Positions 38,109-50,949 are shown, counted from the first letter of the stretch. The stretch: 64,000 bases of DNA from Octopus vulgaris (GCA_951406725.2 OX597831.1:38192001-38256000), one strand, 5' to 3'. The notes: generated by a model not told the origin, from the sequence alone. A program made the numbers and translations.

Positions 38109-38747
38109 CCTTTTAAAATTCACATTCATTCTCCGTTCGCTTCCGTACAAACCATCTAATTTGATGGCAAAAAGTTTCCCCTTTACAATATAGTATATTG
38201 TTGCTATCATAGCTTTCCATTTTCAACGCCCATATAGTATGTAAACCTTTTTCTATCTGCTCATTTTTATCCCACATGTGGGATATAATATAATCGTTTA
38301 TAGTGATTCTGTATTTCAATGTCCTCATTTTCTCACACGTGTATTTAATTTGACATCATATTTTGAATTTATTCCATTTTCACATTTCATAATTTAGTTT
38401 TTTTCAGCTACTACCAAATGTATCTCACTTTCAACTAGTTGCTTGCTTGTATACATATTACTAACATGGGCGAATCCTTTAAAATCACAATTTTCCATTA
38501 AGATATGCGCGTTCTGTATTCAAAAATTTGTTCATCTGAAGTATTATAAGGATTCTTTGCGCAACTGAAAAAAGCATTCTCTTACACAATAAAGCAATTG
38601 TTTAAATGTCGCCACTAACATTAGAGCTTGATTTACGTATGCGTTAGTGGTGTGCGGTTTGTGTGCCTGCGTCCATATGCGTGCACGTATGCATGGGCTT
38701 TGTATGTGTGTGATTAGATACATACTTTCAGTATTTAGTAAAAAAAA

Positions 38748-38820
38748 TGATGATAATAATAATAATAACAATAATGATAATAATAATAATAATAATAATA
38801 ATGATAATAATAATAATAAC

Positions 38821-38919
<99 letters not shown>

Positions 38920-38952
38920 AAGAAGGAGGAGAATAATAACGATAACGATAAC

Positions 38953-38984
<32 letters not shown>

Positions 38985-38990
38985 TAATAA
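38748..38990. repeat. (AAT)n/(AAG)n microsatellite
   Basis: Directly visible. Confidence 0.96.
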
Positions 38991-39349
38991 TTCCTGTCTT
39001 CATTCTTCATACGTATAAGGTATGCAGCTATCGAAACTGTAATGATATCTACAAAAAAAAAACACTGCAATATCAACTATACCAAACTATGTTGTCACCT
39101 ACCTAGCCTCGGTACCCTAACGCTTATTTCCGGGTAAAATATAGGAGGTATTTCTGTCGAACCGTGTACATGTGATGATGATTGTAAATGTTTTAAGAAT
39201 CATAATAGCATCACTTAAACTAACAGCCATCTCGATAATATCCACAGCCTCTCTGTTCCCTTGGATGATCTTAACAATCTCTCTGAAGCTTTAAAGTATC
39301 TACGAATCGCCGTCTGTGCATAATAAAGTGCAGGAAAATTTAAAGCTGC

Positions 39350-39467
39350 TTTTTTCATCAAAAGGTATAGTCAACCCCGACGGAGTTTGAACTCATGCCA
39401 TAAAGAGGGGCGAAATGCATCTAAGCATTTTGTTCTCCGTGCTGATGCTTCTACCAGATAACCACCT
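39350..39467 (-). mobile_element. Decayed SINE family B 5' part
   Basis: cggagtttgaactca...ctaagcattt...gtgctgatgcttctaccag. Confidence 0.55.
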
Positions 39468-39525
39468 TATATACAAAGTTAATATAAGCAATAAAACACA
39501 GAGCTTAATGAAAGGTATGAATAGA

Positions 39526-39940
39526 AGGCGCAGGAGTGGCTGTGTAGTAAGTAGCTTGCTTACCAACCACATGGTTCCGGGTTCAGTCCCATTGCGTGGC
39601 AACTTGGGCATGTGTCTTCTACTATAGCCTCGGGTCGACCAAAGTCTTGTGAGCGGATTTGGTAGACGGAAACTGAAAGACGCCCGTCGTATATATGTAT
39701 ATATATATATATATGTATGTATGTATGTTTGTATGTCTGTGTTTGTTCCCCCAACATAAACTGACAACTGATGCTGGTGTGTTTACATCCCCGCAACTTA
39801 GCGGTTCGGCAAAAGAGACCGATAGAATAAGTACTGGGCTTACAAAGAATAACTCCTGGGGTCGATTTGCTCGACTAAAAGACGGTGCCCCAGCATGGTC
39901 GCAGTCAAATGACTGAAACAAGTAAAAAAGAGTAAAAAGT
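39526..39940 (+). mobile_element. Full-length SINE family A
   Basis: Complete from head to tail. Confidence 0.92.
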
Positions 39941-40145
39941 ATATCTAAGAATCCCAATCGTGAATCCAGAATCATATCTGGAGTATTCACGGTTTCAAAT
40001 ATTATCTTTAATGTCAACGTATACAACAACAGCTTGAAATACGTTTTCCCACATAACCCTTTTAATATGCTTATATTCATTTATGTATGTTTGTATGTTT
40101 GTTTGTATGTATGTTTGTATGTATGCTTGTATGTATGTATGTATG

Positions 40146-40363
40146 TACTCTTTACTCTTTTACTCTTTTACTAGTTTCAGTCATTTGACTGCGGCCATGC
40201 TGGAGCACCGCCTTTAGTCGAGCAAATCGACCCCGGGACTTATTCTTTGTAAGCCTAGTACTTATTCTATCGGTCTCTTTTGCCGAACCGCTAGGTGACG
40301 GGGACGTAAACACACCATCATCGGTTGTCAAGCAATTCTAGGGGGACAAACACAAACACACAA

Positions 40364-40412
<49 letters not shown>

Positions 40413-40578
40413 TACGACAGGCTTCTTTCAGTTTCCGTCTACCAAATCCACTCACAAGGCATTGGTCGGCCCGGGGCTATAGCAGAAGACACTTGCCCAA
40501 GATGCCACGCAGTGGGACTGAACCCGGAACCATGTGGTTGGTTAGCAAGCTACTTACCACACAGCCACTCCTGCGCCT
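40146..40578 (-). mobile_element. Full-length SINE family A, tail-to-tail with the previous copy
   Basis: Complete from head to tail; very similar to 13988-14404. Confidence 0.92.
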
Positions 40579-40779
40579 CTCTATATATGTGTGCATATAT
40601 TTATACATACATATATAATGGGAAAATTGTACACAATCTATAAACGATGATGACTAAAGCACCGGCAGAGTTTCCATTACCTGCTCTTATACGTAGATTT
40701 ACTACAGGGACATCGTAGGTGTAGTTGGGGTAACAATATTAATGAAATTGGAGATTGAATGTGCAACAGACTTTATTGG

Positions 40780-40821
40780 GTACAACGCATGTTTCCACCT
40801 GTTCTGGGTCTCTTCAGGTAC
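40780..40821 (-). ncRNA. Type I hammerhead ribozyme motif followed by AATAAA
   Basis: Reverse complement reads gtac-CTGAAGA-gACC cagaaca GGTg-GAAA-catgc-GTT-gtac-ccAATAAA. Stem I extends via ttatt/aataa. Confidence 0.65.
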
Positions 40822-41109
40822 ATTAATAAAATGTCTCACTAGGGATTTCTTAAATCGGCTTACGTACCGCTATATGTACATCAAATTGGAGAATCAGTAA
40901 AATCAGAGGAAAATTATTGAAGCGCAAAAAATTCAAATATGAACGTGGAGAGTATACATTCTAGCTTAGAGAAAATGACGTAATCAGCTTTCGCTGTCGT
41001 AACTGTTAAGAGAAAGGAAAGGAAGTAGAATGTGAAAGGAAGATAATGCTTAGACAATGTGTGTGTGTGTGTGTGTGTGTTGTACGTATGGAATTATGAA
41101 TTTAGTTCA

Positions 41110-41172
41110 CGTACCCCAATGCTACCTTTGCGGACCTCTAAGGGTCCGCGAACCCCAGGTTCGAAACCACCA
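41110..41172 (+). mobile_element. hAT-type MITE terminal fragment
   Basis: Hairpin gcggacct/gggtccgc followed by ccccaggttcgaaaccac, resembling the ...caggttgagaaccactg ends of hAT/Charlie MITEs. Confidence 0.4.
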
Positions 41173-42904
41173 ATTTATAATATGCAATGTTTTCTTAAGA
41201 ATTTACTTACTTGTGTGAAGTATTGTATCCATTAAATGTTGTAAAATCACTCCCGAATAAAAACATTGTTTGAAATACTCTTTACGACACAGAAAGAGTA
41301 AGAAACAAATGCTTTGAACTTTAAGCACTTTAATTGCGTTACTCTGTTTACATTCCTAAAGAGTATTGTTTAGTAAAATCTATAAACATATCTGGAAAGT
41401 AAACTGTTCGAAATTAAATTGAACTTTGTCAGATCTTAACTGATTGAAATGAGGTTCAACGAGAAAAATTGAATATATTTCTGGACAATAAATGTGTTTG
41501 AAATATGCGATTTATTGAGGATAGTGTACCATATAAGCTGACAGAATTACTAAAGTTTAAGCTGTTTGTCATAGGATTTCCTAAAGATATAAATATTTGG
41601 TGAGATGCTAAAATGGTAGAAACGTAATATTTTGATAAATACAACCTACCACGAAAATAGCACTGTTCGAAATGTATATTCCAGAAAAAATGCTTGAAAA
41701 CTAATTTGGACTAATACAAAAACATTTCTAAAAGGTTAAATTATATGACATCTGTGTAGGTTTCCTAAAGTATACAAAAATATACCCGAAGTCTAAACTA
41801 CTTGAATCGTGACTTTAAAAAAGTAACGGAATAATACAGAAATAAGCTAAAACGGAAACATATCCGTTGAATAAATTGCTTGAATTGTCGTTATTCTACT
41901 GAAAAACGAATTTTATTGATATGTCTGCGCTTTACTTTAAAAGAAAATCTGTTGAACTATTGTTTTCGTAAAAAAAATAGCAACACATACGGAAGTAAAA
42001 GTTTTTTTCGAAATAGCGATGTGTCTCTCTGCACGTATAAATATTTTAAATACTAGTTAACAAAGACAAATTCATCTCTGCAAAATAACAGTTTTGAAAC
42101 GTAGAAATATCTGTGGTTTGTAAACTCTTTGTTAATATATTTTATAGAGAAAGCGGAAACATGTCTGGAACTAAATTGTTTAAATTTTGTATTTCATGAA
42201 AATATAATACCAGACGTTAAATCACCGGAAAGGAGTGTGCTTCATCAAAATATAATAAAACAAACATCGCAAAAGGCAAATACAGTTTGAAATGGGTTTT
42301 ACTAAAATATGATAATTGACGTGTATGGGTATTAACTATTTTATTTGAAATAGTTTAATATCCATTTGATGTTCGGAATTTAGACTGTTTCAAATTATAA
42401 TATTTACTGGAAAGCATACATCTCTGGAACACTTTAAAATATTTGTTTTATTTAAACAGTGATAACGCTATACAAAACAAAAAGTACTTGTGTTTTGACG
42501 TTTTACTAAAAATTACAAACATTTCTGGAAAATAAAATACTTGAAATCCGTAATGCCACACTGTTTTTCTGGATTTTATATAAATTCAGTTTTTCTTTAT
42601 ATATATTCAGTATTTTCAGTTTTATTGCAAAAAAGAACAGGTCTAGAGAGTGAGGAGCTTTAAATCTTGTAGTAGTAGATTCCGAAAATACAGAATTATT
42701 TCGGCAGACCAAATCAATTGAAATGTGTTTTACACAAACAAAAACGAAAAAAAAAAATTACACTCCTTGAAATATCGATTTTATTATAAGCAGAATTATC
42801 TCTAAGGCTTAAACTTCTTGAAATGTTGTATGTTGCTAAATATTAGAAATATTTCTGGACATTAAATTATCAGAAGTATGTGAGTCTTACATAAAACACT
42901 AATC

Positions 42905-43090
42905 CTTAAATTTTGGCAACAAGGCTAACAATTTTGGTGAAGGGGTAAGTCGGTTACATCGACCCCAGTTATCAACTAGAACTTGTTTTATCTACCCTGA
43001 AGGAATGACAGATTAAGTCGATTTCGTCGAAATTTAAACTCCGAACGAAATGTTGCGTCCGTATTTACTATTCTGACAGCTGACTTCCTT
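42905..43090 (-). mobile_element. Decayed SINE family B
   Basis: ggggtaagtcggttacatcgaccccagt...aaggaatga...aagtcga. Confidence 0.65.
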
Positions 43091-43130
43091 CTATAGTACA
43101 CTGATATTTTTGTAACTCTAAACTGTTAAA

Positions 43131-43366
43131 GTGGAGGCGCTTTGCTTAGTGTTTAGGGTGTTGAACTCATGATCGTAAGATTGTGGTTTCGATTCCTGGA
43201 CCGGGCGACGCGTTGTGTTCTTGAGCAAATCATTTCATTTCACGTTGCTCCAGTCCACTCAGACTGCAAAAATGAGTAATCCTGCGACGGACCGGCGTCC
43301 CGCCCAGGTGGGGAATTTCTAAGCCACGGAAACATTATAAGCCTGTCATGACTCGAGAAGGAACAT
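43131..43366 (+). mobile_element. tRNA-headed SINE family C
   Basis: A-box gcttagtg and B-box ggtttcgattcc; gttgtgttcttgagcaa domain; tail cgtcccgcccaggtggg...actcgagaaggaac. Confidence 0.85.
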
Positions 43367-43371
43367 TTATA

Positions 43372-43680
43372 GTGGAGGCACATGGCCTAGTTGTTATAGC
43401 AGCGGACTCGTGGTCGAGGGATCGCGGGTTCGAATCTCAAACCGGGATATATGTGTGCTTATGAGCGAAACACCTAAGCTCCAAGCGGCTCCGGCAGAAG
43501 GTAATGGCGAACTTCTGCTGACTCTTTTGCCACACTTTTCTCTCATTCTTTCCTCCTGCATCTTGCAGCTCCTCCTGCATCTAGCATCCCGTCCAGGTGG
43601 GTACCTAAACGCCAAGGAAACCGGGAAACCGGCCCTATGAGCCAGATATGGCTCGAGAAGGAACAAACAACAACAACAAC
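43372..43680 (+). mobile_element. tRNA-headed SINE family D sharing its 3' tail with family C
   Basis: tggcctagttgtta / gggttcgaatctc boxes, a different body, then catcccgtccaggtggg...gctcgagaaggaac(aac)n. Confidence 0.8.
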
Positions 43681-44054
43681 TAACTCTTAAAAGTATGTAT
43701 AAAAGAGCCATGTTCATGTACATATATATCTGTGTGTGTGTGTGAGTGTGCTAAAGTATTCCCTTTAAATATAATCAAAACCTTGTCCTGGGACAAACAC
43801 TTGAATGTGTTTGTGTCTTACTAAAAGTTAAAACGTTTTACAGCTCTGAAAAGAAAATGCATCTTAAAATATTGGTAAAAAGAAGAACAATCTGTCTGAA
43901 CTAAATTCTTGAAGTAAGAATTAGAAACACCTACGTAGGCTAAATTATCTAAAATATTGTTTTTCGACAAGAGCAACAAAAATTAAATAGAAACAGAAAT
44001 TTCGGAGGACTCGGAGCAACGTTTGTGACTCTAGAAGCAAAATTGTTTTAAATA

Positions 44055-44453
44055 TTCTTTTCTACTCTCGGAAAAAGGCTGGAAATTGATGGTGATGGAG
44101 ATCAGTCGATTAGATCGAACTAGTACCTAACTGGTAGTTAATTTATTGACCCCGAAAGGATGAAGGGCAAAATAGACCTCGGCGGAATTTGAACTCAGAA
44201 CGTAAAGCCAAACGAAATACCTATTTTTCTACTAGCCAAAAGGGGCTAAACACAGAGAGGACAAACAAACGGACAAACGGATTAAGTCGATTATATCGAC
44301 CCCGGTGCGTAACAGTTACTTATTTAATCGACCCCGAAAGGATGAAAGGCAAAGTCGACTTCCGCGGAATTTGAACTCAGAACGTAACGGCAGACGAAAA
44401 AAAACCGCTAAGCATTTTGCCCGGCGTGCTAACGTTTCTGCCAGCTCGCCGCC
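44055..44453 (-). mobile_element. Dimeric SINE family B copy
   Basis: Same acgaaatac|ctattt...aggggctaaacacagagaggacaaac junction as 7848-8263. Confidence 0.85.
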
Positions 44454-46139
44454 ATAAAATTATTTTAAATATTGAATTAACTAATACAAGAATATCAAGA
44501 AACGTGGATTTGAAGAGTTTGAGATAAGCATTATTGAAACTTAAACAGTTCGAATATTAATTTCTACAAAATAATAAGAAATTGAAATGAGATGTAGTAA
44601 CCAAATAATTGCTAGGGTTAACTGTATAAAACTGTTTTCCAACAGCATTTATCTGAATCATGTCAGCATAACAATATAACAAACTAGCCGTGTTTCACAT
44701 TAATCTGGAGTCTTGTATACAACAACTGTTCTACAGTGTACCATTAAGAGTTAAATGTGTTATCCAGAAAGATTTTTATTATGCTCAATTAGATGTGAAC
44801 CACCAAGCCTTCTGATGCACAGGACGTTGACTTCATGACACTACGACGCAGCTACTGCCTTGAATAATAAACTTGTTTCAATTAGTTATCAATATTTTAG
44901 TCGTGATATATGGGATTGTTGAATAGCTTGTTGAAAACTACTCTGTTCTTGTTGATGTAGTTGTCGCAATGTTACACGTCAGTAATAACAATACTACAAA
45001 TAATGTTATTTCAAAAATCAAACTACTGCTAACAAAATAAAACTAGATGTTAAATACAAGAAGTAATTAAATCATCAATTAAACTAATACCAAATGCACT
45101 TTGGAATGTTTTAATTATGAATGGAGTGATTCTGTAGAGAAACAATAATGATGATGCTGATTATGATGATGACGATCATTCTGCAAAATACAATACGAAA
45201 GATACAAGCTAACAGCCATCAAATATAAAACGAAAACAAAACGCAACAATAAATGCATCAAAAATAAGAACTATCACAGAGATTACCAAAGTTTTCCTCA
45301 ATTTAATTTTACATTAGTTTGTAAAGTAATTTTGAAAACATTACAAAAAGAATTCCATAAAATTTAGCCATAAAGACTATTAATACATCCACCTCTCTCC
45401 GTCTCTCTCTTCCTTGTCCTCTCTCTCGCTCTCTGTTACTCGTGTCTTCATTATCATATTCTGTTAATCATTCGCACACGGATACACACCCTTCTAATAA
45501 TTCCATTCATTTTCTATCTCCAGCAATTTGTTTTCATTTTTGTTTTTACATTTATATTATCGTTTTCCTAATGTGAAGCTACATACTGAAGAAGAGAATT
45601 AAAAACAAATTCTCAAAGAGGAACGAAGAAAAACGACAGATAACGTATACAAAGCACTCTTCAATAAACCTAGCTCAACTCAGAAAAAATATGTGTGTAT
45701 TGATATTGGTTATCACTGAGAAGACGAAATGAATAAAGTAAATATGAAAAACTTAGGTAAAAAAAACTACTTAAATTACAACATATTTTGAAGAATGTTT
45801 CAAGTAATTTAAGCGAATTGATGCTATGGTAGTAATTATTTCAGTATTCTCAGAATTTAAAAGGGTTTGAGAAACTTTCAAAATACAAAGATCTGGAAAT
45901 AGAGGTAACACAAATGTGGAATCTAAAAACAGAAATACTGTCTATCATAATAGTTGCATTAGGTATTTAAAAAAATATTCAGAGAAATACATAACAAAAA
46001 CACCAAGGCTAACAAATATGTATAACATGCGGGAAATAGCACTACAAGGCACCGCACACATAATAAGTAACAGATTTTCAATACAGTGAAAATAATGCGC
46101 TCGGTAGTGCAGTGAAGGCACGTGATTAAAATAAGACTA

Positions 46140-46142
<3 letters not shown>

Positions 46143-46207
<65 letters not shown>

Positions 46208-46275
46208 AAAAAGGTAGAAGAAGAAGAAGAAGAAGTAGGAGAAGAAGCAAAAGAAAAAAAAGAATGATAATATCA

Positions 46276-46310
<35 letters not shown>
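46143..46310. repeat. (AAT)n/(AAG)n/(GAT)n microsatellite
   Basis: Directly visible. Confidence 0.93.
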
Positions 46311-48040
46311 ACGTTCCCTATTGGCCACAGGGCCCACACAAAATCAAAAGGATATTACGCAAAATGAACAAGGGACGGAGGATTTAGACGATGCACATAA
46401 ATTGTAAATAAGCAAAAGTAAGTAACAATCGAATTTCAACAAATATATTCCCCATTTGGGGGGAAAATCCAAAGAGGTGCGTCCAAGGAAGCTCTACACA
46501 CGATGGAAACCCGATCACACAGGATGCCGCATGCATGCACCCCTGTTGTCTTCAACCTCCCCAGCCTACAAGCGCATACTTAGTGTAGGCCCATTAACAC
46601 GGGCCATCCTGGCCGCATTCATCCACCTTTCAACGAAATTACTGGGTGACAGCTCCTCCCTCTCCACCCTCACCTTCATTTTCAGGTCGAACCTGAAAAT
46701 GTTAACGAGTCTTTGGCCGCAGAGGAACGATTCTATCTAGAACTCTTTCACACGCGTCCACCACACAACCTCTTTCGACATAGCCACCAGAAAGAGAAAA
46801 ACTGCCTGACCTTCCTAGCCAAAGGAAGGTGGCGGGGTATCTTCATGATGGAATCAGACGAGAGTCGGATCCGTCCCTCATGCAACACCGACTATTCGGC
46901 AAAGCTCATTAAGCCAGTAATACCCGGGCACTGTAAGAGTACGTGCAGGATGGCTTCATTGCTCTGCGCGCCTCTCGGACAGGACCGACGGACCACATTT
47001 CCGTGTCTGTAGAGCTTGTCTCAAACTGGTAGAGGTCCCCACCCCGTAGCAAAGCTAGGCCAGGGATTTCAGGAAATTATCTATGGACTTTAACGTTCTC
47101 CAGAAACGACCAGCCAACTGATCATCTGCAACGCCCAGAAATACCCCCAGAACGTCGTCACACTTACTCTCCACTAATACCCTATAGAACTTCATTGTGG
47201 GGCTTCCACCGACCGCATCACCCGACTGGCTTAGAAATATGAGCACTTGAAAAATACTCTAAATATCAAACGCCCTGTCTCGGTCTACGCTTGATCCTGA
47301 ACTGTTCCTCCGTCAAAGAGACGAGCAGCGGGGAAGCGCGTTTAACAAACGGCGACCACATCTGTTCACCAATAAACTATTGCTGGAGATATCGCAGCCT
47401 TAGCGCATGACTGCGCATCATTAGCCACGGAGTCCCCAGAACTCCACACAGCAGATGCTGAGAGCAAATGGATCATCTGGCAAGCGGAACCTGTCCTTTC
47501 CACAGAAAGTGGAAGAGCAAGCTATCCAGCTTAATCAACCACGAAGCAGGGCACCGAAAGACGGTCAGGCGGTAATAGATGTACGTATTTTCTAGCTCCA
47601 TCCGACTTTTCATGCACAGTTTTCTCACGCCCCACTTCTGGATGAGATTGACCGCCCTGCTTGTGACCTTCTTCGAAGTTCTTGTCCACTTGGAGATTTA
47701 GACAAAACCAGACACCGAGCAGTTTAACCGATTCTTCTGTCCAGCCTCCAACTACACTGTCGGTTGGCATGGACCTGGCCCACCAGGTGCCGAGCTGTAG
47801 GCCTACTGACATCTCCTGATTAATCTTTCCTCCTTTCACCCCTTCGTATTCCTTTAGTGTAATGTGAATCACCACGATTTCCGAAAAGTACCCATTAGCT
47901 TTGTCCACCGAGCATATGTCGCTATACAATGGAGCAATCCAGCCACTGAAAACGGGAACAAAACCAGCAGCCTTCAGGACAGCCGCCAAGTATTTATTGT
48001 CGACCTTATCAAAAGCTTTCGATTAATCTAAATTGATCCA
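46311..48040 (-). mobile_element. 5'-truncated, decayed Tx1/L1-like LINE (RT to 3' end)
   Basis: INLD*SKAFDKVDNKYLAAVLKAAGF...WIAPLY...NG; KINQEMS...VKLLGVWF; LFHFLWKG; degenerate C-terminal CP...H.L.QCP. Ends in (ATC)n. Confidence 0.85.
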
Positions 48041-48293
48041 AATTGATAATAATTGCAATTGGCATAACTAAGATTTTGTAAGGAAAGTCAAAGTTCCACG
48101 CATAATTTTACCAAACAAATTACAATTTGTGACAGAATTCCTTTAGTGATTAAATGGCACCGAAATTTCACTGGCATTTGAAAGGTGTTGCATGAAAGTT
48201 AGCAGCATGTTGCGAGAAAATATCCTCGTTTCAAATGTATATTTCTTCATCTGTCTGTTGTAGCCTTTAGAGAGAATGAAACTGTAATGATGA

Positions 48294-48324
<31 letters not shown>

Positions 48325-48342
48325 AACAAGAAGAAGAAGAAG

Positions 48343-48387
<45 letters not shown>

Positions 48388-48409
48388 AACAACGACGACG
48401 ACAACGACA

Positions 48410-48583
48410 AGATATTTGGTGGGAGTGGCTAGTCGATTACATCCAAACCAGTAACTGACTGGTATTTCAACAACCATACTTGAAACACTTTTAAACACAT
48501 GTAAACGCGGGTGGGGTTGGGGGACAAAATGCGGTTAAGAATGTTGCCTACTATCTAACGATTCTGCCAGCTCACCGCTTCCA
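48410..48583 (-). mobile_element. Rearranged SINE family B fragment
   Basis: ctaacgattctgccagctcaccgc head and gctagtcgattacatc...cagta segment. Confidence 0.55.
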
Positions 48584-48585
48584 CC

Positions 48586-48646
<61 letters not shown>

Positions 48647-48657
48647 TAATAATAATG

Positions 48658-48705
<48 letters not shown>

Positions 48706-48709
48706 GAAA

Positions 48710-48778
<69 letters not shown>

Positions 48779-48779
48779 C
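48586..48779. repeat. (TAA)n microsatellite, ~190 bp
   Basis: Directly visible. Confidence 0.97.
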
Positions 48780-48780
48780 A

Positions 48781-49916
48781 AAGATATTGAAACTAACGGA
48801 TATAAACATCTGCGAATTATAGAATGCGACAATATCAAAGAACGTGAAATGAAGGAAAGCTTTAGGCGAGAATATCTCAGAAGAACCAAGTTAATTATGG
48901 GAAGCAGACACGACAGGAAAAACAAAATTAGAGCAATGGACACATGGGCTGTTTCCTTAATGAGATACGGCGCAGGTGTTGTTGGGTGGAGAAAGGGCGA
49001 TCTTGAGGAAATGGACAGGAAAACTAGGAAAGTAATGAGAATTAACAAGGAACTATACTCGAAAAGCAATAGTGACAGACTGTGAGAGCCTAGAACCAGG
49101 GGTGGAAGAGGTTTCATAGGATGCAAAACTTGTGTTGTCAACGAGAACAAGAGTTTGAGGTGGCTAAAAAAAAATGCAAAGGGAATCATTTCTCGCTTCT
49201 GTTAGAATTAACAATATAATACCTTCTGAAAATGTGATACACCCACAAACGTTTAAGAAAGAAGATGAAGAAGAAAGAGTAAACAACTGGAAAATGAAAT
49301 CACTGCAAGGGCAATACGTCAGAGGAATCGAAGGAAAAGATGAACACTTGGAGATGGCTAAGAAAAAGTGATCTGAAAGGAGGCACTGAAGCATTGATAG
49401 GCAGCTCCCAGGAACAAGCTCTGAGAACTAAATACAATAAGTTCTAAATGTATAAGAGCAACAAATCGCCTCTTTGTAGGGTTTATAGCAGTAGAAACGA
49501 AACAATCTCATATATTGTGAGTGAATGTAGCAAGCTGACCCACTAAGCACAACAAAATGTGGCATGATAATGTGGCTAAGTTCGTCCGTTGGAGACTGTG
49601 AAAAGTATGGTTTGAACCGAGGATGGAAATGGTACGAACATTAACCAGAAGGAGTTACTGAGAACATTGAACATAAGGTATTGTCGGATTTTACATTCCA
49701 TTCTGACTTCCTCGGAGTCTCCCAAGGCTCGGAGACCAGATAGTGTTGTGGTAGATAGGGGAAAAGAGAAAACCAGGATCACAAATATTATAATACCTGG
49801 GGATTCATGCATAAGTGAGAAAAAACTAGAAATGATTGTAAAGTACAGATTACTAAAATACGACATTGCAAGAATGTGGACTACGAGGAGAATGTCTGTC
49901 ATTCAAGTAGTTGTAA
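48781..49916 (+). mobile_element. 5'-truncated R4/Dong-like LINE with restriction-like endonuclease remnant
   Basis: YKHLRIIE (YKYLG-like), NKIRAMDTWAVSLMRYGAG...DRKTRK, PRTRGGRG, QEQALRT, CR...ETISHIVSEC, HDNVAK, WYEH.PE, ARRPDSVVVD...EKKLE.IVKY. Abuts (TAA)n, the known Dong target. Confidence 0.88.
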
Positions 49917-50086
49917 TAAATGTATTTTTAGAGGAAAAATTAATGGATTTGTTCCCTTATAAGGTTTTTTTCACGCTAAATACTTGATAAATTCTTATAA
50001 AGATTTTATCCTATTTTTCAATTATATATGTGTGTGTATGTATATATATACATGTACATATGTAGAGAGACACACACATACATGTG

Positions 50087-50138
<52 letters not shown>

Positions 50139-50187
50139 TGTGTGTATGTATATATGTATCTATCTATCTATTTATATATATATTTTT

Positions 50188-50480
50188 ACAGCCCCCAAAA
50201 AAGAAAACTAAACTAAGAACATTAGATTCCTTGGAAGAAAGCAGCGGATATATACAAAAACAAGGACGGAAGAAACGGACAATGTTACACGCATATATAT
50301 ATACAACAAAAAATACAATAAAAATAATAACTGGACATAGAAACAGGTGTCTTTCGACTTAAGACGAATTGAGTTAAGCTGGCACGTGTGGAAATGAAGC
50401 CTTATGACAGAGATACAAAAGTTTCAGAAACACGGGGAAGAATATCGATGTTGTACGGACAAAGGTCAGAGCAAGAGAGA
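50188..50480. mobile_element. Dispersed TA-associated repeat (family shared with 34352-34556)
   Basis: About 60 bp of homology to 34494-34550; begins at a TA-rich tract. The right end is uncertain. Confidence 0.45.
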
Positions 50481-50715
50481 AAGAGCGGGCTTGGCCGAAC
50501 AGTGACGTGGGAAGAGACGAGAGAGAGAAGTAGAAGCAGTGGAACAGAAGAATTAAGGAGGGGCGAGAAAAAATGACAGGGACACAGTAGAGTGAAAAGT
50601 GGAGGGAAAGTGAGTAAGAAGAGAAAGCAAAGAAATGGGGCAGAGGGGGAACGAAAGAACGAAGAGTGGAATGAACGAATAAGCGTGAAAGGGCAAATAG
50701 ACAGAAAGAGAGTTG

Positions 50716-50759
<44 letters not shown>

Positions 50760-50949
50760 CAAACAGATGCATTGTTATTTCTAAATCTCTCAACGAGAGA
50801 CATTCAGGAACAGTATTTTAAAGTAAACATTAATTGCCAAGATATTGTGGCCCACCCGTTTGGAACGAATGTTACTGTTATATGATCCCAGGAGACATCG
50901 TCTCCAGCTGGCTATACGATACATTGTCTGTGTCCCTATATTTTCGAAC

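Larger units (their letters stand above)
41250..44650. repeat. Ancient, highly decayed ~50-58 bp tandem array interrupted by SINEs
   Basis: The motif AAACATATCTGGAANTAAAYTRYTTGAAAT recurs near 41384, 41472, 41720, 41778, 41856, 42157, 42517, 42795, 42847, 43886 and 43925. Confidence 0.6.

Noticed and set aside
43131-43445. tRNA genes
   Set aside because: The A/B boxes belong to SINE heads that continue into SINE bodies; no intact cloverleaf is evident.
41250-44650. CRISPR-like repeat/spacer array
   Set aside because: The units are degenerate with no identical direct repeats, there are no cas genes, and the context is eukaryotic.
45586-45618. CTGAAGA-A-GAGAATT/AATTCTC hairpin resembling the H1 ribozyme layout
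   Set aside because: It is followed by AAAG instead of GAAA and lacks stem III, NUH and stem I pairing.
47531-47989. 152-aa ORF as a host gene
   Set aside because: It is an internally deleted RT fragment of the Tx1-like LINE.
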